Source of the DNA: Octopus sinensis
Taxonomy: Eukaryota
Assembly (NCBI RefSeq): GCF_006345805.1
Contig: NC_043001.1
Location: 43,214,001 to 43,278,000, forward strand
DNA length: 64,000 nt
Direction: 5' to 3'
Shown: positions 11,411 to 22,695 of the stretch, in pieces
Layout of the letters: the number at the start of each line of letters is the position of its first letter
How positions within the stretch are numbered: position 1 is the stretch's first letter
Position numbers and translations under genes: made by a program
Notes under the pieces: model-generated
Databases searched by the model: none
What the model saw: the letters and a program-made list of their open reading frames with translations, nothing else
What the model was told of the DNA's origin: nothing

Positions 11411-13612
11411 ACAATAACCATTAACCACTCTTCTTCCATTACTACACAGTGGGAGGTCACATTAGATTTAGACAATATGTGTTCAGATGGATTTACATCA
11501 TTGTAGATTTACCTCCTCCCATCATTAGGACCAAGTTTCATCAACAGTTCAGTGTAATGGTGGATATTAAACACCATCCACTTATCTACTTTATGACCAG
11601 TCATACTATATGTTGAGTCATGACAAATATGTTCTCACTCAACACTGCGTTACTGAAAGCAGCTTTAGGTACCATACCTCTCTATTTGAATACCCAGGCA
11701 TTGCATGTCCAGTGGACAGCAACATCATCATAGTGCATGTAGTTAAGATTCCTTATTCAGACATGAAGAACAGTATCAGCTACAGCTAGATGCTTTGATC
11801 TGGATTATCCAAATATTGTTAAATTGGGGTTTCAATTATGTTTGTACTAGGCATAATTTGCCCCTCCAGTAGCAACTGGTTGCTCCTTTACATGTGATTT
11901 CAAAGAGACCGAGTGACAATTGTTCACTCAATACTAGCACTATATCAAATAATTACATGATGCCACACTTACAAGAATTTTATTCTTCTTTATTGGTATA
12001 CAAGTCTTCTCTAAGATAGATCTTGTTGCAGTGTATTATAAGATCCCAGTATAGTTAAAAGACATTCACAAAACAGATGCTTTTTGGTTTCTGTAATGTT
12101 GCATAAACATTTGAGAAGTTAACACATTATGCAAGAGTTAACTTTCATCTAGCCCTAGCTTATTTACTCATCACAAACCTAACTGGGAATAAACACAATA
12201 CATTTTTCAATTACCCCTTGATGGTCTGATCATGTAAATTATAGTTAGCAATCCCTATGTGAATTTGGTATTACAACACTGATATTCCTTGGTGATATTG
12301 TTGATAAAGAAATATCTATCCACTGGAACAAAATATGAAGGTATTTCTAGAATTTGCTGACATACCCATTATCAAAGAGAATAAGAATTAGCCAATACCA
12401 ATGGTGAAAATGAGCTCACCACTTTTAGGAAAGCAAAAGGTAAATTAACTGACTCTGCTCTTTTTTATTCATTTTGAAGTAGCACCAGGTGCAACCAAAA
12501 AAATCATGGTGCAACACTTAAATGGAAGTTAGTTGCACTTACTGAAAGTGATACACAACAGAAGGGCGGGTGTTTGATATAGATAGAGACATTAAGTTTT
12601 AATTTATATATATATGTCAGCTTAGTACTCATTAAAAATGTGACTGAAACAGTAAGATAAGCATACACGAGTGATTAAGAAGTTTGCTTTACAATCATGA
12701 CATCCAGGGTTTTTTTCTATAGTGCAGCATTTAGAGCAAGTGTCTTTTCCAAAACCTCAAGTTGCTCTAAAGCTTTGTGAGTGAAATTGGTTAGGCAGAA
12801 GTTATTTGTAATTCAAAAGACTAGCCTTGGTACACAGTGCATCATACTAATTTGGTCAGAGATTTCAACTTCTCATGCAAGAGTCAAACCAAAGGCTTCT
12901 CTTCAAGTTATACTGGCTGCTTGCCCATCATCCAAATTTCCTTATCTTTTACTCTGAGTTTCAGTATTGGATCACAAGTCCCAAACTCTTGAATAGAGGT
13001 TCTCATTTTTTTTTTATTATCTATGGACTCCTTTGATTACTATTATATTCAGGTGAACCCCTATAGCCATTCAATGTTTAAAAACTAGTTTTAAAGAAAC
13101 ATCTTTCAAAATTTCTCTTGTTATTCACACTAACTTGTATAAGTTGAACTATCTAAAATGTTAGAGAAAGAAAGCTAGCTTTTTCTTGCAATACATACAT
13201 CTAAAGCGAAATATTTTCAGGGGTCCTTAAAATACTATTGTGGATGCCCAATTTACTATTTCGCTGCATGGACTGCCCAAAAATCTTTTATGGAACTCAG
13301 TTGTGAACCTGTAGAACAACTAGTCTATCATAGATGCAAGGGACATAACTAGAAAGTCAAATAAATTACAACATTCTATTGCGTGCAACGTGCCAGCTAC
13401 ATCAGACTAATTCAATATCAGAATAAATACAAGCTACTGCCAATTAAAGTTATTCAAAAATTTATTCACATTTTTTTTTAATTGATGACAGACCTGGTGA
13501 ATACAATGTTGTATGAATGTTCTCAAAAAGGTTAAAGAAAAATTTGAAAAGAAATTCAAACCAAGTCAAAAATTTTTTAAATATATACAAGTGAACTACG
13601 TAATTTCACAGA

Positions 13613-13840
13613 TTATTTGTCTCCCCCACTCATTGGTAAAGGATTAAATGTATGTAAACTCAAGTCAGACCATTTCTGCTCTTGTTCATGTAGAGTTTCA
13701 ATAGTGGGGCCATTGTCAGGTTCCAATTCAGGGAGTTCCATCTGGGGTACAGCCACATCCTCCATTGGCAGTTTATCTTCTCGCCATTTCTCATCAATAA
13801 GGTCAATCATACGACCCTCAATGGTAATTTGACTATCCAT
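13613..13840 (-). CDS. ANAPC13: Anaphase-promoting complex subunit 13 (APC13/Swm1 family), 75 aa, single coding exon
   Basis: MDSQITIEGRMIDLIDEKWREDKLPMEDVAVPQMELPELEPDNG...EQEQKWSDL aligns end to end with vertebrate APC13 (MDSEVQRDGRILDLIDDAWREDKLPYEDVAIP...KWTDLAL). A splice acceptor (T)n-CAG lies 13 nt before the ATG (exon starts 13853). AATAAA on - at 13461-13466. Confidence 0.95.
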   Translation of the reverse strand: MDSQITIEGRMIDLIDEKWREDKLPMEDVAVPQMELPELEPDNGPTIETLHEQEQKWSDLSLHTFNPLPMSGGDK

Positions 13841-15194
13841 ATGTAATAGCCCACTGAAAAAAAATTAAGGAAAGTTATATTTAATGTTTTTTCAATTAAG
13901 TATTAAAAATTGGTATACAAGTCTCTAGAACTTTAACAATATATTCAATTTTCCCTCGCTAGTAATTTCCAAATCTGAAATCCTTTTTGAAAGAATGAAA
14001 ATTAAATGATTTTAATATTTTTGAAAACGAAAATTTTTAAATATCATTCACAAAGTCTGGGTGGGGGGAGAAGAGCTGTTTATTTTCTTTAATTATAAAT
14101 TTTGAAAAAAGGTTTGTTCAGGATCATAATCTTCTTATTTTAAAATGGGCTTACTAACACAGATGTGCTCCCCACTGACTTTAATTCCTCATAACTTCCA
14201 GAAAAATGTATATTCTTTAATAGAATTTTCTACAGATACCTTTCAGATGGCATGAATTATGCTTATACTATAATTCAATGTATAAAAAATATAGTGTCTT
14301 TCAAAAACATCCTAAATTTGAAGACTATATCTCGTGTTTAAGAAAAAAAAAAACATTTTTATTTTTGATGAATGCTTTCACTCTCTCCTGCACACACACT
14401 GGTTGGTTTTCACACTCAACCCAGTTCTACAGAACCAGTGTCACGAGGGAAAGCATGGTTTGGGAATTTGACCAAAATTTTACAGGGTGTGAATTAGTAG
14501 AGAATGTGACATTTATATTGTGTGTGTGTATATAATATATATATAATAGCATGCAAACCTTCTCCAATGCATATCTTCGATGCAGCCTTGACTGATAGTA
14601 CTCCTAGGAGGGGTTAGGACTACATACACTTACTTACTGAAGCACACCTACGCAAGTGTACCCCCTGCCAATTTTGTTTCCTCATTATTTCCAGTAAAAT
14701 GGAGATCTTTTTAATGAAATTTTCTACAATTACACTTCACATGATGTAGATAATGATTACATTGGAATTTGCTGTGAAAATATTTCTCCAAAAGTGAGTA
14801 GAAGTGTTTCAAAAAAATTTACATGAGTAGATTTTCTCATAACTTTCAGAAAATTGGATTGGATCTAGTTAAATTCATTCACAAATTCAGCATTTTTAAA
14901 AACGAAGTAAAAAAATCTGAAAATCGGTTATATTGAAGCAGTTTTCCACTCTTATTCCTGTGAAGCTATGATCTTGTGAGAAAAAATTTGACAAAAAGGT
15001 ACAGACATTTAAAAATCAAAAAAATTGTGTATTTTTTGCCAATAGCAAGACAGAAATTTTCTGTGTTGTAGTGGTGTCGACTTTAAGCTTGTACCCTGTG
15101 AAATTTATAGTTTAGCGTCTATGAAATGACCTGTTACCTAATAAAGTCGTGTATCATCTTACTGTTTCTTTTGTCTCTTCATTGTCTCAACACA

Positions 15195-15565
15195 TAGGCG
15201 CAGGAGTGGATGTGTGGTAAGTAGCTTGCTTACGAACCACATGGTTCCAGGTTCAGTCCACTGCGTGGCACCTTGGGCAAGTGTCTTCCACTATAGCCTT
15301 GTGAGTGGATTTGGTAGACGGAAACTGAAAGAAGCCCGTCGTATGTATGTGTGTGTGTGTGTGTGTGCGTGTCTGTGTTTGTCCTCCCAACATTGCTTGA
15401 CAACCGATGCTAGTGTGTTTACATCCCCGTAACTTAGCAGTTTGACAAAAGAGACTGATAGAATAAGTACTAGGCTTACAAAGAATAAGTCCTGGGGTTG
15501 ATTTGCTCAACTAAAGGTGGTGCTCCAGCATGGCCACAGTCAAATGACTGAAACAAGTAAAAGAG
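15195..15565 (+). mobile_element. tRNA-SINE family A, near full length
   Basis: Head aggcgcaggagtggatgtgtggtaag...ggttcagtcc, tail gaaacaagtaaaagag. Confidence 0.9.
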
Positions 15566-15846
15566 TGTGTGAGGGAGAGAGAGAAGTTGTGTGTTGATGT
15601 ATGTGTGTGTGTGTGAGGGAGAGAGTGTTTGACAGCGTCTAACAAAAAAAAATATAAAGAGTGTGTGTGCAGGGGAGAGTGAAAGCATTCATCAAAAATA
15701 AAAATGTAAAATGTTTTTTTTTTCTTAAACATGAGATATAGTCTTCAAATTTAGGATGTTTTTGAAAGACACTATATTTTATAATCAGATTATATATACT
15801 TTCTCACACAACAATTAAAATATATTTATTTTAAATCAATTATTTA

Positions 15847-17023
15847 TCTATATCTATAAAAGGCAGGATATGCAAATCCCTTATTTTCATTCAGAAAAAA
15901 AGGGGTGGGGCAAGGGGGAATTTATATTTTTTTCATGTTGAATGAATTCCTGTGACCTAATATGCTGCAAAACCTTTTTGGGGGTTTGAAAAACAGGGTG
16001 GGATGAGGTAGAAGCCTCAGAAATTTTACCCACACCCAACATTTTACAGAAATAATTTTTACAGGGTGTGAATTACATGGTTCTTTATTTTATATATATT
16101 TATATATATAGTAGAGAATATGACATTTATATTGTGTGTGTGTGTATATATATATATAATAGCATGCAAACCTTCTCCAATGCATATCTTTGATGCAGCC
16201 TTGACCGACAGTACCCCTAGGAGGGGTTAGGACTACATTGGGATTAGTCGCTGCCTTTTAGAGGCTCCTGAACCCCCTTTTGCTAAGTTAGCTTTGGGTT
16301 AGGTTAAGGTTTAGTTGTGATCCAAACATAACCTCTTCTGACACAGAGGATTGGGAGCCCTTTTGTGAATTCTATTTCCCTTGCCGGAAAGTTTCCCAAC
16401 CCATGGGCCAAGGGGTGTTAGATGATTCAAGGCTTTGAAAGGGCCGGCATTTGCAACCTGATCACCTCTGCCAGTCAAATTCCCAACCCATGCTTTCCCC
16501 TCGCGACACTGGTTCTGCAGAACTGGGTTGGGTGTGAAAACCAACTTTAAAGTATAAATATAGATTTTTTGAATCAGCAATGTTGTGTTCGGTTAAGTCC
16601 TATTTGGGTAAAAAAAATCAATAAACTGATTCCTTGTGGGGTTTTCCATTCAATCAGGATGAAAAATTGATAAACCGATTCCTTATAGAATTTCCCACTA
16701 AAATTGGCTACACCCCCATTTTCAACCATAACTTATACCAATTTTGACGTATTTCGTTCAAACTTGATGCCGGCGTTACTTAGGACTTATGGGATTTTTG
16801 AATGCTCTAAGTTCTACCAAAAAAAAAAAAAAAATCGATAAACCGATTCCTTATGGGATTTCCCAATCAAATTGTCTGCAACTCTTTTCAGCCAAACGTT
16901 TATCAATTTCAATGGATTTCGCTCAAATTTGACGTCGGTGTTACTTAGTTTGGTTTGAAAGAAAGCGCTTGATTAGCTAATAATCCTAACTTAATCCCGG
17001 TCAACGCCGGGCTATACTGCTAG
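15847..17023 (+). mobile_element. Non-autonomous Helitron (~1.18 kb) with internal ~170-bp tandem repeats
   Basis: 5' A|TCTATATCTATAAAA; 3' hairpin cccgg-tcaacg-ccggg then ctatactgCTAG|T. Inserted between A and T. Repeats gataaaccgattccttat... at about 16620, 16668 and 16837. Confidence 0.8.
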
Positions 17024-17752
17024 TCTTCAATAAAAATACAGAACGGTCCATTCAGGTCTGATTGAAGAATCAATGCAACGTGCAATTGTCATGGTAACAA
17101 GCTGTTAATGCTTCGTTGTCTGTTGATTGGCTAAAATTACCAAAATTTTCTCAACTTTAATTCCAAATAAACATCAGATTCTTTAATTTATGGGATAAAG
17201 CAATGAGTCGAGCGAAATCAAAATTCAGAACTGCATTGATAGCCATTTTTGAGGAAATTGAGAAGAAACAAAACTGGTGGTCACGCATACATACTGAGAC
17301 ACATCACGTATATATCTGTTTAGAAAACTAAGTCGGGTGGAGCACAATTGTGTAGGTATGCCAGAGTACCTAGCTTTAAGACTGAGTTTTAACACAACTC
17401 TTATAGTGGTTGTTTTCACGCCATACATTCTTCCTTAAGACTTTCTAATTTACATAAAATCCCAACTGATTACTTGCAGTGATTTTTCTAATAGTTGAGA
17501 GTCCTTTTAAAGGACGAGAGTAAAACTGAAATTCTGATTATAAAAATAAGTTTATGAGTTCGGATACACATTCAAATTTGAATAGATCAACTGCAATCTA
17601 ACGGTTTATAGCTCGAACAGACAATCGAATTAAATAGCACAGAAATTGTTTGCATAACAATGCTTGTGAAAAAGAAGCTGTAAAAAGGAAAAAAATACAA
17701 GTAGAAGAAACGACGATTTCAATATCAAAACTAAGATTTGTGTGTGACTTAC

Positions 17753-17830
17753 GCTGAAAAGTTAAAGATTTCCAGACAAGCAGGAGATTGTGAGAATCAC
17801 CGGCGCCGATTTTAATTTCAGTTACGTCCC
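17753..17830 (-). promoter_or_regulatory. Candidate non-coding first exon / promoter of ANAPC13
   Basis: Consensus donor CAGC|GTAAGT on - (acttac at 17747-17752) in a locally CpG-containing, non-repeat patch upstream of the ANAPC13 acceptor. The 5' boundary is a guess. Confidence 0.45.
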
Positions 17831-18043
17831 TTGGTTTGCTTTATAGAGCAGTACCTTTACTTCTAAAGAGTATAGGTTTATTTAGCATTTTGTGAACAAT
17901 AGCGCCGTTGATTCATTGTATCAATGATAGTGAGACTGTTAACAAAAAGTTTGTACAGTTGGATCTATATTTTACGGTATTCTCATAATACTTGATATAT
18001 TTCATGTTGCTTAATTGACTGTGAGCTCTATGTTATCGTGACG

Positions 18044-18457
18044 GAATTCTGGTTTAAGCACCCCATATAACCCCTCATGACTTTTTTTTTTTTTTTTGGA
18101 ATTTCCAGAAAATTTTTGCGAATTTGTGCAACCGAGACATCGCCTTGGGCGATGTTTCGGTTGTCGTAGCACACGTTTCCGTCGATTTCCGTAAAAAACT
18201 TTTATTTTTTTACATAAGTAATGAGAGCGAAAGAGACTAAGAGGAAGCGATTTTATGACGAGGAAGTTTCTCTTTGAAGTCCCCGTGTGTGTGTTTGATG
18301 GGGTGTGCGAGACAGACAGTATGTTGTGTAAGTGAAGTGCTTCTGTTAGTGTGTGCGAAGAGACAGAGAGTAATGTGTGAAAGAGAGAGATAACTGAAAA
18401 TTGTTACTCGGTGTATGTGTATATGTATGTATGCATGTATGTGTGTGTGTGTGTATG

Positions 18458-18497
<40 letters not shown>

Positions 18498-19825
18498 TGT
18501 GTGCATGCATGCATGTATGTATTATGTATGTATGTATGGCCGATTCAGTGTTTACATATTTTACGGAAATCGACGGAAACATGTGCTACGACAACCGAGA
18601 CATCGCCAATTTGTGTTCTACATGTGGAAATTGATACGATTATAGATTAAATTTTTTTTAACCTTTTAATCCCCTCCTACTATAAATCCTAAAATTTCCA
18701 CTCTTTCTCGAATTTTTTTTACTATCATAGTTTTAAAATACAGATAGTCCAAATCTACCGTTTGTTTCTGTTTCTAATTTCAAAGTAATTTTCAGACGAA
18801 AAGGTGTGTGACTTAAAGAAATTTCGCTGTTGCTTTTAGCACATCCTACGACCACCTGCCACTTCCCTCGTTTCTTTGTCATTCTGACATGTATTAATGT
18901 TTTTCAATATTTTCTCCTCATAAATACATATAACGGCATGATGATGCGTTCAAGGGTGGTCCATTGCTGGGACTTAAGCATAAACATTTTTTTGTAATTT
19001 AAATCTTCACTCGGTTTATAAGAAAAAAAACATTTACTAACAGAAAAATATACTGATTTTCGTTTCCGGGTCAAGTTGTAAACATTAACTATTATCTTTT
19101 GTATACCTTTTTTTTAAAAATCACTGTGGATAAATTCCAGCAATGACTTCAGGATCTCCAATACCTGTGTGATCGATACGGGTTAAGTCTAATTTGAACA
19201 TCCGTTAAGATTTGTGGAGGACGAAAAAATTTTAATTTTTTCCCTTACATAATCGTGTGAGGTCCAGAGCGTTGAACCCAAATTTGCAAACCTTCCCGGA
19301 AATAACAAAAAGTCCAAAAGTTATGACCGGTTATATGATGTGCTTGTTCTTTGTGTATGTGCGTGCTTACACAGAGGAACAAGCACGCACGAACGTACAA
19401 CCCATTAGCTTTCTTTTCCCATTTCGTCAACTGACAGTTAAGACAACACGTGTTCACAGAAATTACCGAGAAGCATGTTAACAAAAATCGAGTCAAAACG
19501 AAGGAATATCCCAGACCGTACTTATGTGAAAATATTTTAAACTTTTTGAATTTCGATCTCAAAAGTTATTTTGAAATTATAAACAGAAACAAATGGCAGA
19601 TTTGTACTTTGAACCCTGATTTCCACTCGTTTTCGAAATTTATTTTAGTACAAATTTTGAAAAAGAGGGGTTATTTTAGGATTTATTGAGGGTGGGGATT
19701 ACAAAAAATTAATTAAAAATTTTGCATAATCGTATGAATTTCCGTGTGTAGAACACCAATTCACAAAAGTTTTCTGAAAATTCCCAAAAATAAAAAAGTT
19801 ATATGTGGTGCTTAAACCAGAATTC
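18044..19825. mobile_element. Long (~280 bp) diverged inverted repeats: a foldback/MITE-type element or two inverted copies of one family
   Basis: 18044-18800 (after removing the 18129-18607 insert) aligns with the reverse complement of 19553-19825, e.g. gaattctggtttaagcacc.catataac. Confidence 0.65.
18129..18607. mobile_element. MITE with ~50-bp TIRs (GGCGATGT...), 8-bp TSD AATTTGTG and an internal (GT)n
   Basis: TIRs at 18148-18197 and 18559-18607. TSD at 18121-18128 and 18608-18615. The inverted partner arm near 19755 shows a single copy of the site (empty site). Confidence 0.85.
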
Positions 19826-21019
19826 GGCCATCGTACCTAGCCATTCCAACATCCTATTTTCAATACTTTTCTCGGATTGCATGTTCGTTTCTCTTTTTGT
19901 AATCTGCAATTTTATTTTTGATCGTCTATATAAATGGAGATATTTCCTCTGTCTGGCTGTTTTTCTCTCTACAAAACGGAAAGTTACATTGCGGAACAGT
20001 CATTTTAACAAGTTGTATTTATTTATTTATCACCCAACAAAATACACCTGCCCACCGGATGCTCCTGAACCAGTTATTGAGTGTCCCTCCCAAGAGGAAT
20101 CGATGCTAGATGTGTTGAAACAATTGTCATGATTAATAATAAATTCTCGTATATTCCATCTTCTGTCTTTCATTTGTTACATATATATATATATATATAT
20201 ATATATCAAAGTGTACAGTATTATATTGTTCATTACAGCCGATCTTACCAATCAGTTTCACACTTGGGTTTCAATGGAGTGTTAGATAACAGCCTGATTA
20301 TGTAAATTTGTGCTCTTCGGAGATAGTAGTTATGGAATGAAACATTGCGTAATTTAGCCTTGTTAAAAAATTTCACATGCAAAAATGATAGGCTTATGCT
20401 CATTAGATATGCACATGCAGGATCTAAGGATGAACGCAGCAAAGATGACTGTAGTGGGTTTTTGGTGCAAAGCCTTTTGAGAAAGTGAATGAAAAAAAAA
20501 ATCAATTGACATTTTTTTAAGGGTAAAATAATTATATGTTAATAGTGCAGGGACATGTAACTCAGATTTGAGGTTTGAAGAGTTATGTCGTTAGCAAGAG
20601 AAAAAATAAGGGGAGAAGTAGAGGTGTAGAAAGACACAAAAGGTAAGTGGCAGAAGAAGAAAAATAGATTGAAAAAAAGGGAGTTGAGAAATTAAGAGAA
20701 GGGAGAAAAAGAAATGGAGAAAATGAAGTGTGAAAAATTAATGGAATAATGATGAAAAGAAAAGTGTTATTGGTGGATTCCTTTATGACAGTTTGGATGA
20801 GTATTTGAGAGTGTACTTCTGTTCTTTGAAACAAGGTGTAAAGGCTCTGATTTAGCATGGAGGAACATGCTAGGTGTAAAGAAACATTTAAGTACCTATT
20901 TCTTCTTTGCTGAGGCATTTTTGTCCTTATTAAGGACCACAAAGCTAACTTCACCTCTGACCCTAAATGTAGGCTCATAACCCATGCAAAAACCATAATT
21001 GGTATAGTTAGCTAGTATA

Positions 21020-21820
21020 CATCATCATCATCATCATCATCATCGTTTAACGTCCGCTTTCCGCGCTAGCACGGGTTGGACGGTTTGACCGGGTCTGGGA
21101 AGCCAGGGGCCGCTCCAGGCTCCAGTCTGAATCTGGCAGAGTTTCTACGGCTGGATGCCCTTCCTAACGCCAACCACTCCGTGAGTGGATTGGGTGCTTT
21201 TTACGTGCCACCTGCACAGGGGCCGAGGGTCCGGCATCGTCACGATCGGATTCGAGCATTTTAACGTGTCAGCGGCACGGGGGCAACGAGGTCCGGGGTA
21301 CTTTGGGACTGGGGTATTTTGGGGATCCGGGGTACTTTGGGGATCCGGGGTACTTAGAATGGGTAGGGGGGTACTTAGAATGGTAGGGGGGTGGGATCCG
21401 GGGTACTTAGAATGGGTAGGGGGGTACTTAGAATGGGTAGGGGGGTACTTAGAATGGGTAGGTGACGAGGCGGGAGGGTACTAAAAGGGGATGGTCGGAT
21501 TGAGGCAGTGTCAGGAGGAAGCGTAAGATCGGTGGGCAGTTGATGAGCTATGGCGCTAGCAGCTTGTCTTAAGCATATGAGGAGAAGTGGTAGTGGGAGG
21601 AGGAGGAGGGAGTAGGGCGTACCCAGTGTAGATGAGTAAGGTGTATCCGGTGTAGATAGAGAGAACGGGGTATACTGGTATTGGTGGTGGGGGGGGTGAG
21701 AACAGTGTTCAACGGTATTGGTGGTGGGGGTGAGAACAGTGTTCAACGGTATTGGTGGTGGGGGTGGGGGGGCGGGCGCACCGCCAATGACTGAAAGATG
21801 GGAAAAAGATGGGATTACGG
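21020..21820 (-). mobile_element. Internally deleted non-autonomous RTE derivative (5' region joined to 3'UTR and (GAT)n tail) with G-rich minisatellites
   Basis: (cat)n plus cgtttaacgtccgc...ctggatgcccttcctaacgccaaccactc is the same 3' end as the LINE at 3914. The minus-strand reading ...PSPFSTL stops where the endonuclease (RVGT) would start. Confidence 0.6.
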
Positions 21821-21980
21821 CTTGAGAATATTAATAAAAGCATTAGGAAAGCTTCTCGAGTCGCCCTGTGGTGCGCCACCAGTGAAGTCATTATGTGGTT
21901 CTATGGTATCAGTGGTAAAGGCAGGGCTAGATTTGCTCAGTGTGACATCGTGGATTTTTACCTATGAATATCCAAAGCTG
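21821..21980 (+). mobile_element. Penelope-like reverse transcriptase fragment
   Basis: Frame from 21821 reads LENINKSIRKASRVALWCATSEVIMWFYGISGKGRARFAQCDIVDFYL*ISKA, matching the PLE RT signature W...EVI.WF...F.QFDIVDFYPSIS. Confidence 0.8.
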
Positions 21981-22695
21981 ATATAACAGACAGAAATATA
22001 GAAATTATTATGCTCAGTAGGAAGATTTCTCACCTCTTTGCCCACTACTTGCACAAAGGTTCAGTCTGAGTGAAACGATCCGACTGAAATGGTCCCATTG
22101 AGATAGGAAATAAAGAAACAAACAAAGGAAGGAAAGGTGAGTGTAATGAAGGTGCTAAGAGATGATGGAGTGATGTTGAAGCGAAGAACTGAAGAAATGA
22201 CAGATGCACTAAGGGTAAAATAGCCTCCATAGAGGAAAAGGATCTCGAATCTGTTCCATATCAGTAATTTTTCTGCAAAATAGGAAGTGACTCTTGTATG
22301 CATGCACATGTGTGCATACACACACACACACATGCAGAGTGGTTTTACTCCCCGAACTAGGCCTCTACAGACTTTTTTGTTTTGTATCTAAAGCTGAAAT
22401 CCACTCTGAAAAGTTGCTGATCTCAGACGATAGAAAAGATTGAAGAAAATTTACTGTAAGAACTGTTCACTGCCCAAGAAAATACTTTCCAGGATGGGTT
22501 CCAAATCTGAATAAAAGAAAAAAACATTGGGTGCAGTATATTAGTAGTGGAGGGAACTATTTGAAAGAGACATCTCTGATTAAATTGTAATGATTGGTTT
22601 CTTTTTAAACAGATCTCATATTCTGCTACAGAACTATTGATATTTCAGTAGAATAATCCAGTATCTGCTACAGTTTTAGAGATGATCCTTCTTAA

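Noticed and set aside
11420-12450. Non-repetitive-looking stretch that might be a decayed coding element
   Set aside because: No recognisable motif in the frames I translated.
16610-16950. Spaced repeats (gataaaccgattcctt...) superficially like a CRISPR array
   Set aside because: The sequences between repeats are homologous to each other. These are tandem repeats inside a eukaryotic Helitron, with no cas genes.
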